Shown piece by piece: positions 1 through 9,149 of a stretch of 52,113 nucleotides of DNA (positions are counted from its first letter, which is position 1; every line of letters begins with the position of its first letter). The notes below the pieces were generated by a model, which worked only from the letters and a program-made list of their open reading frames with translations, did not search any database and was not told the origin of the DNA. The position numbers were made by a program, and so were the translations under genes. The stretch comes from an uncultured Deinococcales bacterium (GTDB taxonomy: Bacteria > Deinococcota > Deinococci > Deinococcales > JAAFIG01), in the NCBI GenBank assembly GCA_964244895.1, contig CAXTKV010000009.1, positions 1 through 52,113 on the forward strand, given 5' to 3'.

Positions 1-215
1 GTGTGGCGCTCGTTCAGATCGAGTTCACCGCGCTCGACGAGCCAGAGCGCATCCAGCAAGAGCGGCAACTTGACGACGCTGGCGGCCTGAAAGAGTTCGT
101 GGGCGTTGTGCGCGACCTCCCGCCGGTCGTCCAAACGCCTGGCCGCGAGGCCGATCGTGCCCGAAAAACCCGACGTGATCGCCTCGAGCGCCGCATTGAA
201 ATCGTGTTCGGTCAC
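1..215 (-). CDS. Class A beta-lactamase-related serine hydrolase, 5' part (runs off window)
   Basis: Not in the ORF track. Manual translation from GTG215 gives MTEHDFNAALEAITSGFSGTIGLAARRLDDRREVAHNAHELFQAASVVKLPLLLDALWLVERGELDLNERH, with an SxxK motif (ASVVK) and the typical GELDL segment. TAACAT -10 lies 6 nt upstream. Confidence 0.8.
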   Translation of the reverse strand, partial: MTEHDFNAALEAITSGFSGTIGLAARRLDDRREVAHNAHELFQAASVVKLPLLLDALWLVERGELDLNERH

Positions 216-342
216 GCTCAAATGTTAACGCTCGGAATCTCAACTGCGGGGCATGTCTCGGGAACACCGTCCAGCACGGCCTGCCAAACAATCCTGACCG
301 CTTCACGAGCCAGCTTTACGCGGCTCGCGCTAGACTCATGGC

Positions 343-1332
343 GTGACCGCGACCGCGCTCAGCAAACACCCATACCTGGCCGAACACCCCGGCATCCGCG
401 TCAAGGCGCTCAGCGCCTGTCAGGACGAAGCCTGGACGGGACAGAACCGCAACGTCTGGATCGATATCGAATCGCCGACGCCGGAGCATCTGGTGGAACT
501 CTCGAAATCCTTTGCGTTCAACAAACTGGCGCTCGAGGACGCGCTCGAACTCGGGCACTGGGCGCGCTTCGAGGTCTACCCGCAGCACGTCTTCTTGATC
601 TTTCGCACGCTGGCCGAACCCGAGGACGTGACCGACCGCACCGAGCGCGTGTCGTTCTTCTGGTACCCGGAACTGCAGTCTTTGATCACGATTCGCAACG
701 AACCCGTGACCTACCTGGAAGCCGTCTGGCAGGAGATGAACGCCCGCAAGGATCGAACGCCGGTGGACATCATGTACGCGCTCTTGCAGCGCGGCGCGGA
801 CACGTTTTTTACCTTCGTGGACGAACTCGAGAGCCGCACCGACGATCTCGAGGAGCGGGTCTTTACTGGCAAGCTGATTCCGGGCGCGGCGGCCAGTTTC
901 GCCTCCCAGGTCTTCGAGTTGAAGCACACCATGATTTCAGCCCGCAGGCTCGTGTCCGGCGCCCGAGAAACCGTCGCGCAATTCGCGCGGCACGCCACCA
1001 TGCTCTCGCCGGAGGGCGCGATCCTGTTCCGCGACGTGACCGACCACCTGGCGCGCGTCTACGACGGTCTGGATTCGGCAAGGGACGTGCTCACCAGCCT
1101 CTTGGACGTTCACCTCTCGGTGCAATCGAACCGCATGAACGAGGTCATGAAAACCCTGACGATCGTGTCCACGGTGTTCTTGCCGCTGACCTTCCTGGCG
1201 GGCGTGTGGGGCATGAATTTCAAGTTCATCCCGGAACTCCAGTGGCCGCTCGGGTACCTGTTCGCGTGGAGCAGCTTCGCGCTGGTCGGATTGGGGTTCG
1301 CGTGGTACTTCAAGCAGCGGGGCTGGTGGTGA
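343..1332 (+). CDS. corA: CorA-family Mg2+/Co2+ transporter
   Basis: MNEVMKTLT...LPLTFLAGVWGMNF (GMN motif) followed by two C-terminal TM helices; TAGACT -10 at 331-336. Confidence 0.93.
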   Translation: MTATALSKHPYLAEHPGIRVKALSACQDEAWTGQNRNVWIDIESPTPEHLVELSKSFAFNKLALEDALELGHWARFEVYPQHVFLIFRTLAEPEDVTDRTERVSFFWYPELQSLITIRNEPVTYLEAVWQEMNARKDRTPVDIMYALLQRGADTFFTFVDELESRTDDLEERVFTGKLIPGAAASFASQVFELKHTMISARRLVSGARETVAQFARHATMLSPEGAILFRDVTDHLARVYDGLDSARDVLTSLLDVHLSVQSNRMNEVMKTLTIVSTVFLPLTFLAGVWGMNFKFIPELQWPLGYLFAWSSFALVGLGFAWYFKQRGWW

Positions 1333-1451
1333 ACATCGGCTCGCGATTCTCGAGTCGCGGACGATCGAATGCCGTGCGCTCGGGCGCAGATGCAATAAAA
1401 CTCCGTTCAGCACGGCGTTCTCGAGATCCACAGCCCACGGGAGGTTCATAG

Positions 1452-2273
1452 ATGCCGTTGTACGTTCTGGCTGACATTCACGGTCGCGCGGATCTCCTAG
1501 AAGGCGTGCTGGAAAAAGTTTCCGACGACACGAAGTTCGTGTTCATCGGTGACGCGATTGACCGTGGCCCGCGCAACCGCGACGCGATCCGGATGCTCTC
1601 GCAGCTCGCGGACGAGGGACGGATGGTGCTCTTGAAGGGCAACCACGAAGCCATGATCGAGGACGTGGACGACACCTACGACCGGTACGCCCGAGAGAAG
1701 GACGGCCCGCAAGCCGACGTGCGCCGCACCGATGCCAGGAACGCCCTGGAAAACTGGATCATGAACGGCGCCGATACCGTCATCCCAGAATATGGCGGTT
1801 GGGACAGCGATTTTGACAAGGGCGGCCAATCGGACGCCTTCGGGCCGTGGGGTTTGCCACCTGAACTCCTGGCCTGGGCCGCGCGCTGCCAGCTCGAGTA
1901 CCGCCACGCCACCCCGACCGGAGAAATTCTGTGCGCCCACGCCGCGCCACCCGTCAAGATCAAGGGTTACCGCAGCCTGGAAGAATCGATGGTCTGGGCT
2001 CGCCCCGAACAGGGGCCGTTCCCGCTGCCTGAAGGCGTGAAACTGAGCGTCCACGGTCACACGCCGATTTGCGCCCCGATGCAGTTGGGTCAGAACATCT
2101 TCATCGATCTGGGCGCGTTCTGGACGGGTTGCCTGTGCGCCTACGACCTGGAATCCGAGACGATCACGGTCTTCAAGGGCGAGGGCGCGAACCCCCTGGA
2201 TCGCTTGCCCGTGATCGAACCCGCAGGTGGGATCGAACCCGTGACGCTGCCGTACACGGTCGTCGAACTGTAA
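1452..2273 (+). CDS. Calcineurin-like Ser/Thr protein phosphatase family metallophosphoesterase
   Basis: DIHG, GDAIDRG, GNHE, HA and HGHTP motifs; GGAGG RBS upstream. Confidence 0.88.
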   Translation: MPLYVLADIHGRADLLEGVLEKVSDDTKFVFIGDAIDRGPRNRDAIRMLSQLADEGRMVLLKGNHEAMIEDVDDTYDRYAREKDGPQADVRRTDARNALENWIMNGADTVIPEYGGWDSDFDKGGQSDAFGPWGLPPELLAWAARCQLEYRHATPTGEILCAHAAPPVKIKGYRSLEESMVWARPEQGPFPLPEGVKLSVHGHTPICAPMQLGQNIFIDLGAFWTGCLCAYDLESETITVFKGEGANPLDRLPVIEPAGGIEPVTLPYTVVEL

Positions 2274-2407
2274 GGGTTCTCGAGGATCGCGTTGATGGCG
2301 TCTCGAGGCAGAACGCTTCGGGTTGAGATCAGGCTTGAACGCGATGGACACGGCATTTCTCGAGATGCGCGCATTTCCTGAATCAGCGATCGAGTACGTC
2401 TCAAGGT

Positions 2408-2571
2408 GAGGGCAGGTACCTACCCCTACAAACACCGAGTCTTGTACGGGGTTGCCCTCTCGTGAATAAACCTCCTGCGAAAGTCGATCTTCACGCCCGT
2501 TCCCTACGAGGGCAACCATAAAGGTTGCCCCTACAGGACAGGGTTTGTAGGGTAACCCTCGCGGTTATCCT
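2408..2571. repeat. Cluster of GTAG-type REP palindromes (family B)
   Basis: Units at 2408-2430, 2508-2535 (reverse strand TGTAG-GGGCAACC-tttat-GGTTGCCC) and 2546-2571 (TGTAG-GGTAACC-ctcgc-GGTTATCC). The 21-mer GGGCAACCATAAAGGTTGCCC recurs at 21715-21735. Confidence 0.75.
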
Positions 2572-2618
2572 CACCTCGAGATTCGGGCTCGAAGGCATTC
2601 ACGCGGCATGGATACTCG

Positions 2619-2668
2619 AGAACACCGTCCAGGACGCAAATTTAAACGTGCGTGCTGAACGGTGTTCT
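2619..2668. repeat. Family A palindromic intergenic repeat (doublet)
   Basis: AGAACACCGTCCAGGACGCA - AT-rich spacer - TGCGTGCTGAACGGTGTTCT, between convergent genes. Confidence 0.85.
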
Positions 2669-2669
2669 T

Positions 2670-4511
2670 TTAGCGCGGCACGAACACCAGCGCGTTCGGC
2701 ACGGTTCTGCCCCAACGCCCGGAAAGCATTCCGCCCGAGACGTAGACCGCCGCCGATGACCCCGAATCCAACCTCACCGCGTCCATCAGCCCCGCCGCGA
2801 TCAGGGCTCGAGCGAATTGCTCGGGTGTGGCCTGGTCCATCAACGCGACCGCGTACCGGCCCTGCGCGTCCAGCCCGAACGCGACCTGGCGGGTGGAACG
2901 CCAGATTTCGGCGTTGACATCGAAGCCTTCTTGCTGCGGATTGACGGCGTACTTTCCAGCCCGCACGAGCATCGGGCCCGCTGCCAGCGCGTTGGTGGCG
3001 TTCGCCCAGGCCGGGTCGGACCAGGTCACGCCCAGGTTCGCGACCGTGCCGGGATCGGCGCGGTTCAAGGCATCGAAGGCGGCGGGACTGAAGGTCAGCG
3101 TCACCAATCCGGGCGCGGGCGTGAAGACTTCGGTGCGGCGCTCGAGGATCACGGTGCGGCTGATGCCCTGCGCATCCACCTGCGGCCCCAGCGTCAGGGT
3201 CACGAAACCCGGCGCGCCGACGCTGACGAAGCCGTCTCCAACGAAGGCCGTCAGCCAGCTCGGGTTGGGTTTCGGCCCGAGCGCGTTGATATTGATCGAG
3301 GCGGCATCAGCCAGTCCGACCGTCAAGCGCACGCGCGGCGTGCCGAACAGGACACCGCTCTCGAGCAAGCCGAAACTGGCGCGGTTGCCGCGCGCGTAAC
3401 CCAGCAACGAACCGCCCGCGATGGCCAGGTCGACGCTGGCGCCGGTCGCGCCGTCGAAGTAGCCGCCGTTGACGGCCACGACCGCCCCAGCGCGCCCCGC
3501 GTGTTCCAGTACGGATCTCGTACCGCCCCACGGCGCGGCGACCAGGCTGGGCTTGTAGGCTGCCGGGTCGAGCGTCACCAGGCTCAATTTCAATGGGCCA
3601 TCGCCGCTCGATTCGATCGTCACGCCGGGTGGTGTCGGGTCGGGGGTTGGCGGTGCTTCGTCGGGGGTTTCGGCGTCAATCACCAACCTGTCCGGTTCGA
3701 CCAGCGTGAAGGCTCGAGCGGCGGCGCGCAGCGCGATCTCGATTTCGATCACGGCATCCGGCCCGTCCTGCACGGTTCGTAACCGTGAAACCGATTCCGT
3801 GCCGACGCTGGTGACGCGCGGCGAGATGATCGTGTTCGGCAGCACCACCCGAACGCGTCCGGGTTCCACGGTCGCGTTCGGTAGCGTCGCGCGCCCCAGA
3901 TCGAGCACCAACCGCGAGGCGCGACCCCGGTTGAGCCGGAAGTCCACGACCTGATTCGGGACTTCCGGCGTGTCCGGCAGCGCCTCGATCAGGATGTTCG
4001 CACCGTTCAACCTGAGGTTGAATCCGAGCGCGCTCAGGACGCGCACGGGCAACCAGGCTTGCCCGTTGACGACCACGGGCGCGCCCAGATTCTCCAGCCC
4101 GATCGGCAGGCCGCGCCAGCCGGATTCGGGGTTGTACTCCAGAGCGAACCCGGAGCGGCTGAGGCGCAATCCTTCCCCGAGCACTCGCGTCAGGACCCCG
4201 AAGCGGGACATGGCGCTGACCGGGATGCGTTCGTCGGTCACGTCTCCGGTCGCTCCGCCCAGGTCGGAGCGCGTCTCGAGCGGCAATTGCGAGTTCAGCC
4301 CGACGATCCTGACCGGGGTGGCCTGCGCCACTGCGGAGCAGGCCAGTCCCACCGAGGCCAGGTGCGCGATCAGCCAGACGACGGCGCGGGGACGGGATCG
4401 AAGAGTAAAAGAACCGTATCTGACGGTATTCTTGAGGGTAGAACCGCCTGAAAGCGCGTCAGGCAGCGCATCTTCTCGCTTCAGGTGTGCATTTGCACCA
4501 GATAATCCCAT
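2670..4511 (-). CDS. Secreted phosphodiester glycosidase (NAGPA/DUF2233) family protein with AMIN-like domain; start uncertain
   Basis: VNGGYF, AGPMLV, RQVAFG, LDSGSS and VPNAL motifs; RLVLDL and PDRLVID AMIN-like motifs; hydrophobic signal-like segment near 4310-4385. Confidence 0.78.
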   Translation of the reverse strand: MGLSGANAHLKREDALPDALSGGSTLKNTVRYGSFTLRSRPRAVVWLIAHLASVGLACSAVAQATPVRIVGLNSQLPLETRSDLGGATGDVTDERIPVSAMSRFGVLTRVLGEGLRLSRSGFALEYNPESGWRGLPIGLENLGAPVVVNGQAWLPVRVLSALGFNLRLNGANILIEALPDTPEVPNQVVDFRLNRGRASRLVLDLGRATLPNATVEPGRVRVVLPNTIISPRVTSVGTESVSRLRTVQDGPDAVIEIEIALRAAARAFTLVEPDRLVIDAETPDEAPPTPDPTPPGVTIESSGDGPLKLSLVTLDPAAYKPSLVAAPWGGTRSVLEHAGRAGAVVAVNGGYFDGATGASVDLAIAGGSLLGYARGNRASFGLLESGVLFGTPRVRLTVGLADAASININALGPKPNPSWLTAFVGDGFVSVGAPGFVTLTLGPQVDAQGISRTVILERRTEVFTPAPGLVTLTFSPAAFDALNRADPGTVANLGVTWSDPAWANATNALAAGPMLVRAGKYAVNPQQEGFDVNAEIWRSTRQVAFGLDAQGRYAVALMDQATPEQFARALIAAGLMDAVRLDSGSSAAVYVSGGMLSGRWGRTVPNALVFVPR

Positions 4512-4533
4512 TTTCACCGCTAGAATTCCGATC

Positions 4534-5028
4534 ATGATTGAGCCCAGTATCGCCCTCTATGGTGAGGCGTACACCCGCGTCAACGAGATCCTGGATGGAC
4601 TCCTGACCAAAGCGCACGTGCGCTACGCCATGCTCGTGGATCGCAAAGGATTCGTGCTGGCGCACCGCGAGGCGCTGTGGGCTCCGAAACCTCCGGCGCT
4701 CGATTCGATCGCCACGCTGATCGCGGGCAACGCCGCCGCGACCAGCGCACTCTCGAAGCTCTTGGGTGAACGCCGTTTCAACGAACTCGTCCACCAGGGC
4801 GACCACATCGGACTGTACGTCGAAGAAATCGCGTCCGACGCGCTCTTAGCCGTGATCTTCGACGAGACCGCCCCGATCGGTCGCGTCAAACTGTTCGCCA
4901 AAAAAGCCGTCGAGGACACGACCAAGTTGCTCGAGACCCTCGAGCCCGCCCCGGCAGGCATGACGCTGGGCACAGATTTCGCGTCGTCCGCCGGTGCGCT
5001 CTTGGACGATCTGTTCGGTGGGCACTGA
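4534..5028 (+). CDS. mglB: MglB roadblock/LC7 GTPase-activating protein
   Basis: MIEPSIALYG...DRKGFVLAHREALWAPKPPALDSIATLIAGNAAAT closely resembles Thermus MglB. The true start is ATG4534 with TAGAAT -10 at 4521-4526; the gene is adjacent to mglA. Confidence 0.92.
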   Translation: MIEPSIALYGEAYTRVNEILDGLLTKAHVRYAMLVDRKGFVLAHREALWAPKPPALDSIATLIAGNAAATSALSKLLGERRFNELVHQGDHIGLYVEEIASDALLAVIFDETAPIGRVKLFAKKAVEDTTKLLETLEPAPAGMTLGTDFASSAGALLDDLFGGH

Positions 5029-5106
5029 TGAAGCGCGGTTCATGCTGAAAGCCGACGAACGCGAAGCTTCCACTCGAGAAACCGATACAATCGACCGGGG
5101 TCACTC

Positions 5107-5697
5107 ATGAGCACAATCAACTTCGCCGCGCGCGAAATCAACTGCAAGATCGTCTACTACGGTCCCGGCGTGGCCGGTAAGACCACCAACCTCAAGCACA
5201 TCTACGCGCAGGTTCCCGGCAACGTCAAAGGCGAGATGGTCTCCCTGGCGACCGAGGACGAGCGCACGCTGTTCTTCGATTTCTTGCCGATCGACCTGGG
5301 AACGGTGCAGGGCTTCAAGACGCGCTTTCACCTGTACACCGTGCCGGGACAGGTGTTTTACAACGCCAGCCGCAAACTGATTTTGCGCGGCGTGGACGGC
5401 ATCATTTTCGTGGCGGACAGCGCCCCGAACCGTTTGCGCGCCAACGCCGAATCGATGCGCAACCTGCGCGAGAATTTGGAAGAGTACAACCTGACGCTGG
5501 ACGAAGTGCCGATGGTGATTCAGTTCAATAAGCGCGACCTGCCGGACGCGATGCCCGTCGAGATGCTGCGCCTGGTGGTCGATCCCAAGAACGAATTCGG
5601 CGTGTTCGAGGCCAGCGCTCACGAGGGCAAGGGCGTTTTCGAGACGCTGCGGGCGGTCTCCAAGCTCGTGCTGGAACGGTTGGCGCAGGCGAAGTAA
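5107..5697 (+). CDS. mglA: MglA small Ras-like GTPase
   Basis: [31 protein letters not shown] and NKRD motifs. Confidence 0.96.
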   Translation: MSTINFAAREINCKIVYYGPGVAGKTTNLKHIYAQVPGNVKGEMVSLATEDERTLFFDFLPIDLGTVQGFKTRFHLYTVPGQVFYNASRKLILRGVDGIIFVADSAPNRLRANAESMRNLRENLEEYNLTLDEVPMVIQFNKRDLPDAMPVEMLRLVVDPKNEFGVFEASAHEGKGVFETLRAVSKLVLERLAQAK

Positions 5698-5710
5698 ACT
5701 TCAATTCCTG

Positions 5711-5743
5711 AATGACCGCCCCACCATCCAGCGGTCATTTTTT
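5711..5743 (+). terminator. Intrinsic terminator of mglBA
   Basis: AATGACCGC / GCGGTCATT stem followed by a T run, just after the mglA stop. Confidence 0.7.
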
Positions 5744-6023
5744 GTGCGCAGAGTCGGCAGCTCGAAAGTTCACAGCGAATTAAAGATCTCCGAGGCGAGC
5801 CTCGGGGTATTCACAGCCTGAAGTCGCACCTTCGAGAAGACGGAACAGCTCGCGCGGTATCAGAGAAAAAGCGAGGCGATCCTCGGGAGTAGGTCCTCAG
5901 AGATGGACCACGAGATCGCACGGTTTTGAATTTTCGATGTCGGCAGGGTGCGAGCTCGAAACACCCCAGGCGAGCGCCCTCCGATCAGGGCGCAACGTGT
6001 GCTGAGGCTCGGTCTGCGCGCGG

Positions 6024-7055
6024 TCACGCCCAACCCGCTAGATTTCGGGTGCGATCCAACAACTTCTGGACGACCAAACCATCTTCGAGCGTCGCACCCT
6101 CGAGCGGTCGGGTTCCGGTTTCAATCTGCGCACGCAAGGCTTGCGCGATCAGGTACGTGCCGAGCTTCCACGGGTCTACTCGCATGGCGAGCGGCACGTC
6201 GTCCGGTGTGGGCGGCGTGATGTCGGCCAGCACGCGGTCGTTGCCGCGCGCGCCCTCGAGTTTGAGGCCACCGCGAAGGATCAGCGTACCGTCGGAACCG
6301 CGCAGAATCAGCACGTCCGTCAGGGCTTGCCGGGCCGCCGCGTTCAAGACGATGGTTCCGGGGGCGCCACCGACTTCAACGATCAGCGCGGCGTAATCGT
6401 CGCTGTCCACGGGGCGCATCGCGCCAGTTTCGTCCTTGCGGGCCTTGACGCCCGTATCCAGACGGGCGCTGATGATCTCGAGTTCGCGTTCAGTGACGAA
6501 GCGCAACCCGTCCAGCACGTGCGATCCGACCGCACCGAGGAAGCCGCCGCCGAGCGCGCGGCTCGACCACCAGTTCCAGGAACCGGCGGGATCGGCCCGA
6601 GATTCGCGGGCAATCCTGGCCTCGACCGAGCGCAGTTCGCCGATGTAGCCGTCCAGAAAGAGTTCGCGCATCCTGCGGCGGGCGGGCACGAAGCGCAATT
6701 CGTGATCCAAAAGCGCCCAGGCTTTGGATGTTTTCGCGGCCTCGAGCATGGCCTCGGCTTCGGCGGCGCTGAGCGCTGTGGGTTTCTCGCAGAGCACGTT
6801 GACGCCCAATTCGAGCGCGGTGCGCGTCTGCTCGAGGTGCTCCATCGGCGGCGTGACGATGCTGACCAGGTCTGCGCCGATCATCGCGTCGCGGTACGCG
6901 GCTGGCGCGTGGTTGAAACCGTGTTCGAGGCGCGCGGCGGCGACCTTTTCCGGGCTGCGTCCCCAGATCGCGTGCATCGTCCAACCGGCGGCGCGAAAGG
7001 CCGGAGCTTGCACGCGCACGCCCCAACCGGTTCCGAGGATCGAGAGTTTCGGCAT
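6024..7055 (-). CDS. Gfo/Idh/MocA family oxidoreductase
   Basis: ILGTGWG Rossmann motif, VLCEKP, GGGFLGAVGSHVLD; TAGACT -10 6 nt upstream. Confidence 0.92.
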   Translation of the reverse strand: MPKLSILGTGWGVRVQAPAFRAAGWTMHAIWGRSPEKVAAARLEHGFNHAPAAYRDAMIGADLVSIVTPPMEHLEQTRTALELGVNVLCEKPTALSAAEAEAMLEAAKTSKAWALLDHELRFVPARRRMRELFLDGYIGELRSVEARIARESRADPAGSWNWWSSRALGGGFLGAVGSHVLDGLRFVTERELEIISARLDTGVKARKDETGAMRPVDSDDYAALIVEVGGAPGTIVLNAAARQALTDVLILRGSDGTLILRGGLKLEGARGNDRVLADITPPTPDDVPLAMRVDPWKLGTYLIAQALRAQIETGTRPLEGATLEDGLVVQKLLDRTRNLAGWA

Positions 7056-7272
7056 GGGTTCAGTCTACGGGGCGGGCATCGGGATGCTTAAACGACCAGA
7101 TTTAATCTCGAGTTCAACCTCGAAAAACACCGTCCAGCACGACCTCTCAAGCCTGCGCGCCGAACGGAGTCCGCGAGACGAGAAGCCCGCGGGAACTGAA
7201 CGGAATGCGTTCGCATCCGAAGCACGACGCCGCCGCGCACGGGTTCAAACGACGGCGGGAGAGGAGAAACCC

Positions 7273-7407
7273 ATGTGCCAGTGCGCTCAATGCCCGTTCA
7301 CACGCTGCCAGAAAACCGACAAGTCCGCCCCGAGGTCGACGATCCCGCCGAAAGTGCGCACTTCTGAACCTCGAGCGGCATCTGCTCGAGCCGAAGCCAA
7401 ACCCTGA
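7273..7407 (+). CDS. Possible 44-aa Cys-rich small protein
   Basis: GAGGAG RBS (7261-7266), then MCQCAQCPFTRCQK...AEAKP*; no homology recognised. Confidence 0.3.
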   Translation: MCQCAQCPFTRCQKTDKSAPRSTIPPKVRTSEPRAASARAEAKP

Positions 7408-7446
7408 GCTGGTTCGCGCCCGCGCCGATCAACTGCCAAAGCTTGC

Positions 7447-7506
7447 GAAGACCGTCCTGGACGCGGATGATTCAATACCAAGAGCGCCGTCCTGGACGGC
7501 GCTCTT
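7447..7506. repeat. Family A repeat: half unit plus collapsed perfect 27-bp palindrome
   Basis: AAGAGCGCCGTCC-T-GGACGGCGCTCTT at 7480-7506, with both arms changed symmetrically relative to the consensus. Confidence 0.8.
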
Positions 7507-7571
7507 CGGTTGGCTTTCGGAAAGGTGCGTTGTTTATCGGGCGATCGCGCCAATCCGGGTATCCTGTAGGC

Positions 7572-8384
7572 GTGACTCAGACCACCGCGAAACCCGCCGC
7601 CAACCAGGGCGGCTTCGGCAAACTGGGCGTGGACTTGATCTTCGTGCTGGCGATCCCGTACCTGCTGCTCCAGCCGCAATTCCCCGGCATGAACTTCGGC
7701 TTCAAGGACCTGATCGGAGGGAGCATCACGGCTTACATCGTGGCTGCGCTCGTGCCGGTGACGTACACGCTGTTCGACGTGGCGCGCACGCGCGTGTTCA
7801 ACCCGATCACGATCCTGGCGGGTTCGGGCGCGCTGATCGGCGGGGCGCTGGCGTTCTTGCGGTTGACGGGCACGACCTACGCGCTCAAGGACTCGTACCA
7901 CTCGATTTTTCTGGCGCTGGTCATGGGCGGATCGTTGATCGTGGGACGACCATTTTTTCGCGTGTTCTTTCAGAGCGCCATGGCACCGAACACCCCCGAA
8001 CACAAATCCATGCTCGAGCGCCTGTTCACCAATCCGCGCGTGCGGCGTGCGCTGGTACTGGCGACCGCCGTGATCCTGATCGAAGCCGTTTTGATCGGCG
8101 CGCTCAACTTCGTGGTCAACAAAGAAATCGTGCTGGACAGGACGTTTGGCTCGGAAGTCTTCAATCAGCAAGTTGCAAACGCCAACGCGATCATGCGCTT
8201 GCCGAGCCTGATCTCGAGCCTGATCTCGTTCGGGCTGGCGTTTTACCTGGTTACGCAGGGCGTCAGCAAGGCCTTTCCGGGCGTGGATTTGTTCGAGGAT
8301 CACTTCTGGGATTCGCTGGAAAAAGCCCAGAATCCGCAGCCCGAACACGCGCCGCTCGAGCCCGTTCCGTCCGAGTCCGCATAA
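7572..8384 (+). CDS. Multi-pass membrane protein (VC0807/IspA-like)
   Basis: About 6 hydrophobic helices and a GSLIVGRPFF motif. Start reassigned to GTG7572 because of TATCCT -10 at 7560-7565. Confidence 0.72.
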   Translation: MTQTTAKPAANQGGFGKLGVDLIFVLAIPYLLLQPQFPGMNFGFKDLIGGSITAYIVAALVPVTYTLFDVARTRVFNPITILAGSGALIGGALAFLRLTGTTYALKDSYHSIFLALVMGGSLIVGRPFFRVFFQSAMAPNTPEHKSMLERLFTNPRVRRALVLATAVILIEAVLIGALNFVVNKEIVLDRTFGSEVFNQQVANANAIMRLPSLISSLISFGLAFYLVTQGVSKAFPGVDLFEDHFWDSLEKAQNPQPEHAPLEPVPSESA

Positions 8385-8386
8385 CG

Positions 8387-8437
8387 GGAACACCGTCCAG
8401 CACGGCACTCTTGGAACTGAGTCCGGGACGGTGCTCC
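8387..8437. repeat. Family A repeat (doublet)
   Basis: GGAACACCGTCCAGCACG...GTCCGGGACGGTGCTCC, starting 3 nt after a stop codon. Confidence 0.75.
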
Positions 8438-8483
8438 TGAGCCCAGCGGGACTGATCTTCCTCAAAAGTCAACACGCTGTCGT

Positions 8484-8508
8484 GAGGGCGGGTCTGTGAC
8501 CCGCCCTC
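8484..8508. terminator. GC-rich hairpin between convergent genes (possible terminator)
   Basis: GAGGGCGGGTC-tgt-GACCCGCCCTC. Confidence 0.45.
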
Positions 8509-8555
8509 CCTCATGACGCATCTCGAGATCTCAGGAACCGTTTCGCATCACGGGC

Positions 8556-9149
8556 TCAAAGATAGGAAAGCTCCAATTCCCCGACCTGACCAGGCCTGAA
8601 TCGCTCGAGTCCCAAACGGGCCAGCGCGAGGCCACCCGGCGCTTCGTCGCGCACCCAGGTAGCACCATCTGGCACGAGTTTCTCGAAATCCTCCAGGCTG
8701 CGTTTGCCGATGGGCACGGGTGTCTGGTGTATGAAGCCGCCTTCGACGGTGTAGAGCGCGCAGTACACGCTTCCCTTGCGCGCGTCCCAGGTCACGGCCA
8801 CGGTTCCATCCCTGGAGGCCGCGACCGCTTCGAGCGTCGGCACGCCGAGCGCGCCCGCGTTCCAGGCTCGGGCCAATCCCAAGCCCAGACTGGCCGCGAC
8901 GCGGACACCCGTGTACGATCCCGGCCCGGTTCCAACCACGATCAGGTCGGCGAAGGGTTCGATCTTCGCGTCGCGGAAAACGTCCTGGATGTACTCGAGC
9001 GCCCGTTCCGCGTGCGAGCGATCGACCCGTTCGATCCTTTCGACCGCCGAAACCTCGCGCCCGTCCTCGAGCCTCAGCAATCCGATGCTCAGGTACGGTG
9101 TGGCCGTCTCGAGCGCCAGCACCGTCAGAAGGCTCTGCCCACCGCTCAC
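8556..9149 (-). CDS. tsaB: tRNA threonylcarbamoyladenosine biosynthesis protein TsaB
   Basis: VLALETAT, GTGPGSYTGVRV, GVPTLEA and DARKGSVY motifs; probable GTG9149 start overlapping the MFS stop (GTGA). Confidence 0.9.
   Translation of the reverse strand: MSGGQSLLTVLALETATPYLSIGLLRLEDGREVSAVERIERVDRSHAERALEYIQDVFRDAKIEPFADLIVVGTGPGSYTGVRVAASLGLGLARAWNAGALGVPTLEAVAASRDGTVAVTWDARKGSVYCALYTVEGGFIHQTPVPIGKRSLEDFEKLVPDGATWVRDEAPGGLALARLGLERFRPGQVGELELSYL

Noticed and set aside
3..1451. 482-aa ORF and many other long overlapping ORFs (e.g. 9098-10837, 16301-18412, 17017-18771, 19285-20796, 25868-27202)
   Set aside because: Arg/Gly/Ala-rich shadow frames of well-supported genes, as expected in high-GC DNA.
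5750..6020. Possible ncRNA downstream of mglA
   Set aside because: Only weak pairing potential and no recognisable family motif.
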